64,000 bases of DNA. Source: Narcine bancroftii (lineage: Eukaryota). The position numbers and the translations under genes were made by a program. Numbering within the stretch: the stretch's first letter is position 1; each line of letters starts with the position of its first letter. The stretch is from positions 92,504,001 through 92,568,000 of the forward strand of contig NC_091480.1 in NCBI RefSeq assembly GCF_036971445.1. The letters run 5' to 3'. The notes beneath the pieces were generated by a model that was not told the DNA's origin, made no database searches, and worked only from the letters and a program-made list of their open reading frames with translations. Below, in pieces: positions 1 to 11,460 of this stretch.

Positions 1-215
1 ACTAAGTGGATTTCCTTTGGCTGCTCCAGTTTCCTGCAAATTCCAAAGTCATGTGGTTGGAGATTAAGCGATCAATATAAATCGCCCTTAAGAGTTGAAT
101 TTGGTGAGGTTGATGGGAATGTGTAAGTAAAATGAGTTCAGGATATTTGTAAGTAGGTTATGGACAGTCAGTGCCGACTCAGTAGGCCAAAGGGTTAATT
201 TCTTTGTTGTTTGGT
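1..215 (+). mobile_element. V-SINE (HE1-like), 3' portion cut by window edge
   Basis: gtggatttcctttggctgctccagtttcct resembles the V-domain core; it is followed by a CR1-like tail (gactcagtaggccaaaggg). Confidence 0.55.
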
Positions 216-399
216 TGTTTGATTTTATGAAGTAAGATATTCATCAAATGAGTCTGCAAATCAGCTTCCCATGTCCATTTATTTCAAATAGGATGGCATT
301 TTGTTCCTGTAGCTGATGGCCCTAAATAATGTTGACCTGGCATATGGCTGACAAGCCATCCATGAACCGACAGAGATAAGCTCTTCACATATCTATTTA

Positions 400-890
400 A
401 TGATCAGCTCAAATTATCTCAAGTGGTGCTCAACAACCATGTCACAATCATTGCAAACTTCAAACCTTCTCACCATGAGCATCTGAACTGTCATTTGGTA
501 TATTATGGAATATTACGTGTGTTTATTTCATTGACCTTCTCTACATTAGGTTAATTGAGTCAACAAAGAATGAGTTGATGAGGGGCACCAATTGCCTGAA
601 TGGTGAGTGCTTGTATGTTCTCCAATAGATCCTTCTGCTATTGTCATTTGGAATTATTCCCTGCCGAGTCCAACAGATCAATGAAATAAAATCTTCAGGG
701 CCTGTGCCAGGAGTAAAGCAGATGATCAGCCGTGGTGGTATCACACCACGAGTTCCAGGTTTAAAAACTGAACTTCCACCTGGATTAATAATCATGACTG
801 TCCTTGACTCTTGCTTTTGCAATAGCGCCTACATATCCCAGAAGGTATGGAGTCCTCCTAGCATTAAACTGGCTTATGAATGTGTCTTCT
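400..890 (-). mobile_element. Highly degraded LINE APE-endonuclease remnant
   Basis: Frameshifted translations give P.GY-like, LILC*LN (cf. LILGDFN) and EKVNE.T-like segments in the expected order; many stops. Confidence 0.3.
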
Positions 891-899
891 GAATAAAAT

Positions 900-1110
900 C
901 GTGAGGGGAAGAGAACTGGCCAATAGGCAATAGGTGATATGGGTGGGAGGGCGGAATAGAAAAAAAGCTGGGAATTGAGAGGGGGAGGGGAGAGCTCACC
1001 GAAAAGAGTGAAGGGGGAAAGGAGACAGGAAAAGAGAGACAGGGGAGGGCCTTAATGGAAGCATCATCTGGTTGGAGAGTGCCCAGACAAAATATTCCTT
1101 CTGTTTTGAT
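900..1110 (-). mobile_element. Penelope-like element 3' fragment (GIY-YIG C-terminus)
   Basis: IFCLGTLQPD motif matches the LIFRLG.LQP.GINID motif at 23905-24105 and 51590-51700; pyrimidine-rich tail. Confidence 0.55.
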
Positions 1111-1338
1111 GCAAATAAGCAGTTCTCCTTCCATTATACATTTGAACCTCTGGGACAGGGTGCTCAAACTTCAAAGACAAAAATGCTCCCAATTGAATCA
1201 AGGCTTTTAATAGACCAGTAGGCTAAAGACTATATGCTGGATTATAAAGGATGCTCTGAAGTGAAAGAAAAAGCTGGGTCTGTGTGATAGAAGCAAACTG
1301 TATTACCCAAGGGACCATTGAACAGGGAGAATCACTTG

Positions 1339-1666
1339 GGGTTTTTAGACTGCAGGCATATAATGGCACAATCAATGAAGTTTGCCATTCCACGGGCAGT
1401 CTAAAAAAAAGGAAAATGCAGGAATTTTTAGCCTGCACTGTGATATATCCTGCAGGACCCCCACTACTTTTCGGGGGAAGCCTGCAGTCTAAATCGCTCA
1501 GCAAAACTCAACTCATGAATTCGACGCCCAGCTGATGACTTGGGTCACGTTGCTCCACGTAAAAGCACCGGGAGACAGGAATTTGAGGGGTGCCATGTAA
1601 ACAACCACAAGGTGAGTAATTATGTTAAATTTTTCACAGATTTTTCCAACATTGCTGTCTAAAAAT
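1339..1666. mobile_element. Non-autonomous DNA transposon (MITE), possibly PIF/Harbinger-like
   Basis: Internal inverted motifs tttagactgc/gcagtctaaa; homologous copy in opposite orientation at ~44200-44433. Confidence 0.6.
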
Positions 1667-2209
1667 AACACTACTGAAGCAAATTAAGTGCTTGCAACTA
1701 AACCTGACAGATTTGTGCATTTGTAAAGTCCTGCTGATGTGTTTATTTTGCCTGCTCACTTCATATCCTGCCGTGGAGTTGGGGAAATATAAACTCATTC
1801 ACATGGTTGGGGATGGGGGGTGGGGGGGGGGGTGGTGGGTGCTATGTCAAACATCTTCACGGAGGAGTTTCCCCAGGCAATGTCCTTGGTTTATTAATCT
1901 TCAACGGCTGAGTCAATGACCTTCAATCTATCAAAAATGGGGTTTTTGCAGGTAATTGCATTTTGTTTAATACCTTTCACAACTCCTCAGGCTAATGAAC
2001 CACCTCGTGCTTTGTATTTGGATAATATACATAACTTTATTCTTTGGGCACGGGGAGTGGGGCGGAGGGAGGGGGGGGTGGACAGGGGAGGGGGTAGGGA
2101 GGGGAAAAATTGACTCAGTATGTTACACATACACAGAAGGTTTATTGTTGCCTGAATTTATGTCTTTGAAAATCAAAAAATCAAATATTCAATAAAAAAC
2201 CCCAGCTTG

Positions 2210-2600
2210 TGACTGAATATGGTTAAAAAATGGAAAATATTCAGACATGGGCTGTTAAATGGCAAGTGGCATTCATTTCACTAAAGACCCAGATGAGGAC
2301 TATTTCAAACAAGAGAGGGTGTAGCCATCTGTCTGCAACATTTACTGGCAATAGCTTGTCCAAGTCACCTACCATCAACTTCCTGGGTGTCAGTATTGAC
2401 CATAAATTCAACTGATTCAGCCATTCAAATGCTGTGTCTCCAAGAACGGGTCTGAGGTTGGATGTCCTGCAGCAAGTACTCACCTCCTTCTGCCATCATC
2501 AAGAGAAATCAGAAGTGTTATGGAATAGTGACCACTTCCAAAACATTGCAGACACGGCACATTTTTAATCACTGCGCCATCCATCACACTGAGCATTCAT
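2210..2600 (+). mobile_element. CR1/L2-group LINE RT C-terminal fragment
   Basis: WAVKWQVAF and LGVSIDHKFNW-type motifs typical of the region after LINE RT domain 7. Confidence 0.6.
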
Positions 2601-3159
2601 TCCCATCAACACCGATGTTTGGTAGTCAAGCTGCAAACCTCACACCTCTATTCCTCTGGAGCACAATTAAACCAATTGTACTCAGACTGAGGCAAAAGAA
2701 CTAACTCCTGCATTGATGAATCACCCTGACGCGCAAACAAGGGATACCACTGGGATTTTACTAGCTCATATCAGACTGGCTACAAAACCATAACACTGGT
2801 AATCTTTCCACAGTCTCTCCATTTAAGATCATGATGCCAGCGAATCTCAGCGCATAAGAAGCATTCCACCCTACCAGAACCCATGACACCTGTGAACTCT
2901 GGGCTGTGGGAACTGACTGGGTTAGGAAATCTGCTAAAAATCAACAACAAACCCTTCATTTTTCACCCTCAATTCTGTTACCATAACCAGACAAAAAAGT
3001 TCCAGTTACTTTCTTCACACTAAGGAGGCAATTTCTGGAGGACAGCTGATCCAATCTGGTTGGAGCTATTGATAGGAAAGCAGCAGCCGTCTTCTTGAGC
3101 AATGTTTGTTGGAGCTATACAAGAACATCTCCAGGTGCTGGGATTGAGGGCAATACACT

Positions 3160-3500
3160 ATAGACACTGGAAAAAGTCAGCAGGTCATGCAGGATCCATG
3201 GGAAGTAAAAGTCAACCAATGTTTCAGCCCTGGACCCTGCATCAGGAATGCACAAAAACAGGCAGGTTCCTGAGTAAAAAGCTGGGGGGGTGGGGGAAGG
3301 AGAGGAAGGAGGAAGGGACAGGAGAAGGAGCAAAGGCTAACAGATGAGAGGTCCAAGATGGATGCAGTAGGGACGGTAAAATGTTGAGAAGTATGGGGAA
3401 CAGCTCTCTGAATGGAGAGGGAAGGGAGGGGTGGGGTGGGGTGGGGTGGGGGGGAGGAGTCAAGAGCTGGAGGAAAAGAGACAGATGGATAGGGTTGGAT
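3160..3500 (-). mobile_element. Penelope-derived terminal repeat fragment
   Basis: ctggaaaaagtcagcaggtca...aatgtttcagccctggaccctgcatcagg arm shared with many copies in the window. Confidence 0.6.
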
Positions 3501-3644
3501 TGTCACAATATCATTACAAGTTGTTCTAAAATACTTGATCAGGCATGCAAACACACTCCAATGAAGAGTGGCTTTCACGAGCTTGAGGAGAGGTGTTCCC
3601 TGCCCTTCTCAACAGATCAATAGAAACAAAAAGCCTGATATACA

Positions 3645-4170
3645 AACATACAGAACATTTTGATGCAAAATAGGCCCTTCAACCCATAATGTTGTGTTGA
3701 CCTTCTCTCGAACATAGAACACCACAGCTCAGTTCAGGCCCTTTAACCCTCAATATTCTGCCAACATATTAGGTACATCTTCTGACAAAATAAACTAAAC
3801 CCTTCCTACCTTGTGACCCTTTACTTTACTTGCATCCATCTGCCCATCTAAGGTTCTCTTATATACCCCTAATGTTTCAGCCTCCACCACCAACCCTGGC
3901 AGTACACCAGCCCTAATCTTCACCAATCTGCCTTAGGCATGCCTCTGAGAATCTTGTAGATCTCTATTAAGTCAATTCTCATCTTTCTTTGCTCTAAAGA
4001 GAAAAGTCCCAGCTCTGCTAACCTTGCTTCATAAGACATATTTTCCAATCCAGGCAACATCCTGGTAAATCTCCTTTGCATCCTCTCCATAGCTTCCATA
4101 TCCTTCCTATAATGAGGTGACCAGACTGAACACAATATTCTAAGTATGGCCAAACACATTTGAACTAACG
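3645..4170 (-). mobile_element. CR1 LINE 3' fragment
   Basis: WSPHYRKDMEAMERMQRRFTRMLPGLENMSYEARL..LGLFSLEQR, a canonical CR1 ORF2 C-terminus, plus 3' UTR. Confidence 0.9.
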
Positions 4171-4494
4171 TGCAAATATTGTCCAGCAATGGGGGAAGGA
4201 ACTTTCTAGCATAGCTCAGAATAAACAATTCATCATAACACTCTAGATACCGAAGTTCCTGATTCAAGCAGTTGAGGTGCTTTGGAAAAAGAGGATTTGC
4301 TTGGTTTAAGCATCGCTGCCCTGCAAAAATACTGCTTGACATGATAGAACTTGCTCTTTTTCCCTTTGATTTTTAAATTCTCTTCACCATGTGGACCTCG
4401 GTCTTGCAAATAGACCAAAGGGAAACATATTGTTGAATGTCTGAGAGTTAAATCTTGAAAAGTAACTGTTTCAACCAATATATAATGTTCCATT

Positions 4495-5845
4495 GGAGGG
4501 AACTTCTTCACACAGAGAATGGCGGGAGTGCCAGCTGAAGTGGTGAATGCGGGCTAATGGGAGTTATCTACAGGCCCCCAAACAGTAGCCTGGATTTAGG
4601 GTGCGAGCTGAATCAAGAGTTAAAATTGGCGTGTCGCAAAGGTAATGTTGCGGTTGTTATGGGGGATTTCATCCTGCAGGTAGTTTGTGAAAATCAGGTT
4701 GGTACTGAACCCCAAGAAAGGAAGTCTGTGGAGTGCCTCCAAGTTGGATTCTTAGAGCAGCTTGTACTAGACCCTACCGGGGAGGAGGGAAATCTGAATT
4801 TAGTGCTGTGTGATGAACCGGATTTGAAAAGGGGATCTTGAGGCAAAGGAGCCATTAGGACATCGAGACCATAATATGATAAATTTTAATCTACAATTTG
4901 AGAGGGAGGAGGGAAAATCGGAAGTGTAAATATTACAGTTGAACAAAGGGATCTATGAAGCCGTGAGAGAGGAGCTGGCCATCAGTGACTGGAAAGATAC
5001 CCGAGCAGGGATGAGAATGGAACAATGACAGCGGAAGGTGCAGAATCAGTCATTCCAAAGATTCTAAGGGGAGTAAGGGGTGACCGTGGCTGACAAGGAA
5101 GTCAAGGGGAGTACAAAAATAAAAGAGAAGTATAACACAGCAAGGATAAGCGGGAAGCCAGAGGATTTTTAAGAAATGTTTAAAGAAAAACAGAAGATGA
5201 CTAAAAAGGCAATATGAGGAGAGAGGATGAAGTATGAAGGGAAGCTGGCCAAGAATATAAAGGAGGAGAGTAAAAGCTTCCTTAGGTGTGTGAGGGAGTG
5301 CAGGGTAGGTTCACGAAGTTAATTCCTGGGACGGTGGGACTATCATACGTTGAAAGGTTGCAGTCCTGGGCTTCTATACACTGGAATTTTGAAGGATGAG
5401 AGGGGATCTGATTAAAACATATAAGATTATTAAGGGATTAGACACATGAGAGGCAGAAAACGTGTTCCCGATGTTGGGGGGAGTCCAGAACCAGAGGCCA
5501 CATTTTAAGAATAAAGAGTAGGCCATTTAGAACAGAGATGAGGAAAGATTTTTTCACCCAGAGTGGTGGATCTGTGGAATCCTCTGTCTCAGAAGACAGT
5601 GGAGGCCAATTTTCTGGATGCTTTCAAGAAAGAGCTAGACAGAGCTCTTAAATATAGCGAGTCAAGGTATCACAGTGAATGGCAGTGCTGGCTCAAAGGG
5701 GCTACTCCTGCACCTATTGTTTATTGTCTAATTTTAACATTTAAGACAGGTACATAGATGGGAGGGGTATGGACTGGGTGCAGGTTAGTGGGACAAGGCA
5801 GAGACTAGAAGGGCTGAATGGACTTTGCTGTAATGTTTAATGGTT
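4495..5845 (+). mobile_element. Nested CR1: outer 3' fragment (4495-4555 + 5733-5845) interrupted by an internally deleted CR1 (~4559-5727)
   Basis: Inner copy has GVIYRPP, MGDF and FLEQLV.DPT endonuclease motifs, then jumps at ~5295 to the ORF2 C-terminus; ctaat repeated at 4554-4558 and 5728-5732. Confidence 0.85.
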
Positions 5846-6499
5846 CAATTCAGAGCTTCTTGTCAATGCAAACTTGGGAGCAATATCCCAACTAAAGTTA
5901 ATATCTTACTAGAAACCAGTAGCAAATAGTTAACAGTGAACAACGCAAGTACACTTCTGTTTTGTGTGAGTGGAGCTCAGTGGATTGCATATCTGCCCTT
6001 GCACAGATCTAAGTAAAAATCCTGGAAAATATCCAATATTCAATGTTGCTCACTCAAACTTTCTTTGTGTGAGTTATAACGCTCCATTATGGTCACTGAA
6101 TCATGTGGGTGTTCGTCTGTTCTGATTGTCAGAGTTCACAATGAACACTTTAAAGGAAAATAGCAGATGGTGCAATTAGTGGAAACTTCATGCACCTACA
6201 ATATTCATTTGCAATCAAAATGACATTCCTTAATCCACACAATTTACGTAGCCCTGAGCAATTAGCAGAGCTATGAATCACGGTCCTATTAAAATGCTAT
6301 TCTGGCGCTAACCTGGAGAGGTCACTCAATACTGATCACGTGGGTTCTGAAATAAAGCAGTACATTCCTCCTTAAAAGTCTAGATCATTTTTGCTCCCAA
6401 TCTCCTGTAATATACTAAGAAACTGTTTCATGTGTGGCTAATTTCTAAAAATGCGAGTGGCTATTCAGGGCTGTAATTGAATCATAAGGAATAAGATGG

Positions 6500-6658
6500 A
6501 GAAATATGGATTAGTATTGACTATAAACTGGATTTGAGCCCTATGTAATGAACCTAAGCCTAGAGCTGTGATAAATTGGCAAGTATCTCCAACATTCCCA
6601 CTATCCAGATCCAGCACACAAGGATGTCTGCAATCTCTGGCTCTCTTCGTATTGGCTT
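6500..6658 (+). mobile_element. L1-clade LINE RT fragment (forward part)
   Basis: INWQVSPTFPLSRSSTQGCLQSLALFVLA matches the RT motif RG.RQGCPLSP.LF.LA. Confidence 0.8.
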
Positions 6659-6661
6659 CGT

Positions 6662-6737
6662 TGTGGTTCTCAACATACCACTTTAAGTATTCCCTATGCT
6701 ATAGGTGCTCTGTGATTAATAAGGGATTGCCTAAGGT
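6662..6737. mobile_element. hAT MITE fragment
   Basis: gtggttctcaac...cttaagtattccc...gtgattaataagggattgcc shared with 7127-7338 and 19593-19966. Confidence 0.7.
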
Positions 6738-7126
6738 TATTAGAGGAGTTACCCATTTATTTAAATCTTCAATTTTTTTTTTAAATGGGCAGTTCATCTT
6801 ATACAAATTTTTTAAATCATTATCCATTTTGATCCCTAAGTACTTGATCCTATTCTTAGGCCATCTATATTGTATATTCCTTTGGCAGTTTGTATAATCC
6901 CCATCAGTTAATGATATGATCTCACTCTTGTCCCAGTTTATTTTTATTTTTGTACCCAGAGACCCTCCCTTAATCTTCCAGTTGTAACTGCAACCTTTGT
7001 GGTGAGGTTTCAGGCTCCATCAGATATATCATCTGTGAAAAAGACTAATCTTCTGTTCATCTTGGTCAACTTGGAGTCCCTTCATGCCTGGATCCCATTG
7101 AATAATTTCCACCAGAGGCTCTATGG
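6738..7126 (-). mobile_element. L1-clade LINE RT fragment (inverted part)
   Basis: Minus strand reads AIEPLVEIIQ..PGMKGLQV....QKISLF(T)DD, then INWDKSE and IKYLGI. Confidence 0.8.
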
Positions 7127-7338
7127 CAGGGGTTCTCAACCATTTTCTTTCCACTCACGTACCACTTTAAGTAACCCCTACTCCATTGGTGCTCTGTGAT
7201 TAGTAAGGGGTTGCTTAAGGTGGGATGTGAGTGGGAAGGGAAGGTTGAGAATCACTGTTCTAGACCCATTACTTGAGAAAAATTGTCATCGGCCCGTTTC
7301 CTTTGGGGTTATGAAACTGTGCACAAAATGAGTGAATT
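7127..7338. mobile_element. hAT (Charlie-like) MITE
   Basis: TIRs caggggttctcaacc (7127) / ggttgagaatcactg (ends 7257) plus part of the spacer of the composite element at 19593-19966. Confidence 0.8.
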
Positions 7339-7344
7339 CGGAAA

Positions 7345-7520
7345 AGGCTCTGGAAAGGTAAATTGGCCAGAATCTCCATGGAAAAGCTAACTTGGAAATA
7401 TAATAATGGAAGGGTTTACAACTATTACTATTGGGCGGTCCAGATGAAATTTGTCACTTCCCTCTTTGATGGAAGACTCGTACATCAATCATCTGAATTA
7501 CCTTTGTATATTTTATACAG
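7345..7520 (+). mobile_element. L1-clade LINE post-RT fragment
   Basis: LWKGKLARISMEKLTWKY.NG..L, similar to FLRKEGKPRIVLDKLTEWYKQGGLQL of the L1 at 8931-9422. Confidence 0.65.
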
Positions 7521-7669
7521 AAAGAAGCAATCCTAACATCACTTAATACATCGCAAATGTTGACAGCGTAATGGAAGATTTGAAAGAGCCAAGTGTTTAA
7601 AATTATATTTGTAAAATATCTAGAATAAAATTCCCTTGCAAAAGCAATATAGTGCAGAACTGATCAGAA

Positions 7670-7925
7670 AATGTTGCTACCCCTCAGCTATCAGATGTCA
7701 AGCATCCTATACCACATTCAATCAGAGACTCATTTCAGGATTCTTACTTGGCACATTATTTATCACTGAATTTTTTTTTTCCATATTGCACAGTCAGTTT
7801 GCTTACATTTCTTTATTTGTTTACATTTCTCTCTTTTGTAAACATATTTCTTCTTGAGTACAGTTTACAGTTGCCAAGAAGTGAAAATTCTACCTCACCT
7901 GAAGAAAAAAGGAACCTCATTTCTA
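7670..7925 (+). mobile_element. Rex1/Babar-like LINE 3' UTR fragment
   Basis: Shares tgctacccctc..., aatcagagactcattt..ggattcttact and gcacagtcagtttg with 51825-52125 and 53650-54135. Confidence 0.55.
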
Positions 7926-8144
7926 TAATACAATCAATTTGAGATTCAAAATGAATTGTCTAAGCTAAATCTAAACTTTGAGCCAAGATCAAGGCCAAAC
8001 CAGGGTGAATATAGCCTGAGCTGAGTGCTGGTATGTGAGCTTGAAGCACGTGAATTCATCTCCAAGAAGTCCCCTGAAGAAGCTGTCCTTATACCACTGA
8101 GTGCTCGATTAGTCTCCTGTACTCCATCCCCCCCCCACCCCAGA

Positions 8145-8476
8145 TGGTAGCAGTGTGAAGAGGGCACTGCCTGGGTGGTGGGGGTCTCTGAGGAGGATAG
8201 ACGCTGCATTTTTAAGACACCGCCTCATGTAGATGTCCTTGATTGAGTGCGATGTAATCTACTGGTGCCTGTGATATTGCAGGCCAAGTTAACAACCCTC
8301 TGGAGTTTATACTTGTCCTGAGAGTTGGTGCCTCCATACCAGGTAGTGGTGCAACCAGCTAGAATGCTCTCCACGGTACACCTGTAGAAAGTCGGTGACA
8401 TACCGAATCTCCTTGGACACCTCACAAAGTATAACTGCTGGCAAGTCTCTTCGTGATTGCATCAACATGGAGGCTC
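8145..8476 (-). mobile_element. Rex1/Babar-like LINE ORF C-terminal fragment (continues at 10041-10075)
   Basis: FYRCTVESILAGCTTTWYG....QDKYKLQRVV motif; split by the L1 insertion. Confidence 0.8.
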
Positions 8477-10040
8477 TTTCAGTTTGATGTACATGTTTGT
8501 TATAAATCTTTTAATTATCATTGTGTCTGTAATCACATATTCAAAATTGCTTCCTTCTGGTAACCTCAGTCTGCTTCCCAATTTGTCCTTCAAGTAGGTT
8601 TTCAGTTGGTGGTATGCAAACATTGTACCGTGAGTTGTACCATATTTGTCCTTCATTTGATCAAAAGATAATTTTTTTCCAGAAAAACAATTTTCTATTC
8701 TTTTGATCCCTTTTCTCTCCCATTCTCTAAAGGAAAGGTTATCTATTGTGAAAGGGATTAGTTGATTTTGCGTCAATATTAATTTTGGTAGTTGATAATT
8801 TGTTTTATTCCTTTCTACGTGAATCTTCTTCCAAATGTTGAGCAGATGGTGCAGTACTGGTGAATTCCTATGTTGCACCAGCTTTTCATCCCACTTATAT
8901 AGTATATGTTTAGGTTCCTTCTCCCCTATTTTATCTAGCTCTAATCTGGTCCAATCTGGTTTTTCCCCTTGTTTGATAAAAATCTGATAGGTATCTTAAT
9001 TGTGCTGCTCTATAATAATACTTAAAGTTTGGTAGCTGTAAGCCCCCTTGTTTGTACCATTCTGTTAATTTATCTAGCACTATCCTTGGTTTCCCCTCTT
9101 TCCTTAAGAATTTCCTTATTATTTTCTTTAGCTCATTGAAGAATTTCTCTGTTAAGTGAATTGGTAATGATTGAAATAGGTATTGTATCCTTGGGAAGAT
9201 ATTCATTTTAATACAATTTACCCTCCCTATCAGTGTTAGTGGTAGGTCTTTCCAATGCTCTAAGTCGTCTTGAAATTTCTTCATTAATGGCTGATAATTT
9301 AGTTTGTATAGATGGCCTAGATTAGTATCTAGTTGTATACCTAGGTATCGGATTGCTTGTGTTTGCCATCTAAATGGTGATTCTTTCTTAAACTTTGTGA
9401 AATCCGCATTATTCATTGGCATTGCTTCACTTTTATTTGCATTGATCTTAAGTGGAAAAGTTTTGGGAAGATCTAGATCAGGTATTAAATAAAATCACAA
9501 AAAGCAACATCCCAAAAAATCCAGAGATCTTTCTTCTAAGTAATATAAGAAGAACTTGGACTCGATTTGGATGGAGCACAAAAAAAAATTATTATGATAG
9601 CCTTAGCTGTAGCAAAAAAATGTATTATGTCAACCTGGAAATTAGAAGATAGCCTGAGAATACAGCAATGGTACATAGAAATGAATAAATGTATTCCATT
9701 GGAAAAAATAACATATAATTAAAGAAATAACATCACAGGATTTGAACAAATTTGGGAACCGTACATGAAACACAACAGAGAAGTCCTACCATGGACTTCC
9801 ACTACCTAAAATCCCAGTTTGTAAAAGTAGAAGACACAAATTTCTTGATTATTTTCATTGTGTGATGACATTGTTTAAAGGGTTTAATGTATCAGATATG
9901 TTGAACGTTTAGTGGGTGGGGAGGGAGGGAAGGGAGGAGGGAAAAGGGGAGAAAATGACACTGTGTATATTCAAGAGGGAAATGTTTGTGTGTATTTTGG
10001 TCAGTATGGTTCATAGTGTGAAAAATAAAAAGTAAAAAAA
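8477..10040 (+). mobile_element. 5'-truncated, 5'-inverted L1-clade LINE (inverted 8477-9449, forward 9450-10040, poly-A)
   Basis: TSD aacatggaggctc at 8464-8476 and 10041-10053; ORF2 peptides IRYLGI and IGRVNCIKMNIFPRI on minus, EKFWED..CIPLEKITY on plus; G-rich 3' UTR, aataaa and A-tail. Confidence 0.93.
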
Positions 10041-10075
10041 AACATGGAGGCTCCAGGGGAGATCCTCAGAAATGT

Positions 10076-10410
10076 TTAGAAGAGATATTTAAAATTATGA
10101 GGAGGATAGACAGAGTAAATATAGATAGGTTTTATCCTCTGAGGGTAGATGAGATACAAACCAGAGGACATGGGTTAAGTGTGAAAGGGAAAAAGTTTAT
10201 GGGAAACTTCTTCACACATAGAGTGGTGTGTGATGAATACGAGCTCAATTTTGACATATAAGAGGAATTTGGACAAGTACATGGAAGGGAGGGGTATGGA
10301 GGGCTTTGAATTAAGTGCAGGTCAGTGAGACTAGGCAAAAAATGGTTCAGCACAGACTAGAAGGGCCGAAGGTGCCTGTTTCTCCAATGTAATGTTCTAT
10401 GGTTCTACCT
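10076..10410 (+). mobile_element. CR1 LINE 3' end
   Basis: KIMRRIDRV and TRGHGL motifs, ttctatggttcta tail. Confidence 0.8.
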
Positions 10411-10489
10411 CACGCCTGTTATCCTCAATTTTCTTTACATCCATGTACCTGCCTTTCAAGATAATGTTTTGAAAAAAGAGAATAAAAAT

Positions 10490-10980
10490 GGAACTATCGA
10501 CCAGTTAGCCTGACATCACTTGACGGTAATTTGCTTGAATCCACCATTAAGATAAAAGGGTATTCTGAAAATAATAATTTGAATGGCAGAGTTAGTAAGA
10601 TTCTATGAAAGGAAAATTATTGTCTGAATACCCAATAAAATTATTTAACGATGTAGCTAATAGGTTTGTGGAGCTAATGGATGCAATATATCAGAATTAA
10701 TAAAAGGTATTAGGTAAAATAATGCCTTTTATTGGAGAGCCCGGAATTAGGGTGTCACTGGGAAAAAAAAGAGCCCCTTCAAGACAGAGATGAGGACCTT
10801 GACCCTTTGTAACCCTTTCTCAAAGGGAGATGGAAGCAGTAGAGAGGTTCAATAAGAAAGAGGATAAAATGTTATTGCAGGGAGGGAAGGAAGGTAGGGC
10901 TGACATTACAGTTTGTTCAGTCATGATATTGGGAAATGGAAGAATGGTCTTGAAGGACTGACCTCAAATTTATAAGTTCA
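10490..10980 (+). mobile_element. Degraded CR1 LINE fragment
   Basis: NYRPVSLTS-like motif (aactatcgaccagttagcctgacatca) followed by decayed 3' end. Confidence 0.6.
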
Positions 10981-11359
10981 TATATACACTCCACTTGAAT
11001 TCCAACGTTGTCTAACCAATCCCTTCTCCCAGCCAACTCCACTCTCCAAAACAACAGGATGGAGAATACTATAAAGATTGAGTTTCCAAGTAAGTTGACC
11101 TTGATCCATTGTGAATGATGTAAATACAACTCCGTTCCAATGCAAATATACAGATGTGCAGATTACATGCATCCTGGGAAAATTGATACATTTGAGAATA
11201 CTTCCTTTTTGTTTCAACCTACCATGCGCATATTTTCCACAAAAAAAATGAAAGTTTTAGCCATATTATCACATATTTGGTTATCTAGGCATTATTTGAA
11301 GGAGTTTATACTGAAGGTCTGTGAAAACAATGACTTTTTAAATATACTCAACCTACAGT

Positions 11360-11460
11360 TATGATGAAGGGTTCAAGCCCAAATTCTGTATCTTTACCTT
11401 TGCCACATAAAGTACCCTGTTTGACCTGCTGAGTTTATCCAACATTGTGATTTTACTACA
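11360..11460 (+). mobile_element. Penelope-derived terminal repeat with degenerate hammerhead-like core
   Basis: tgatgaagggttcaagcccaaa...ttgacctgctgagtttatcc. Confidence 0.6.

Noticed and set aside
11058-11089. Possible 32-bp micro-exon (aacag ... gtaagt)
   Set aside because: Weak polypyrimidine tract, no homology
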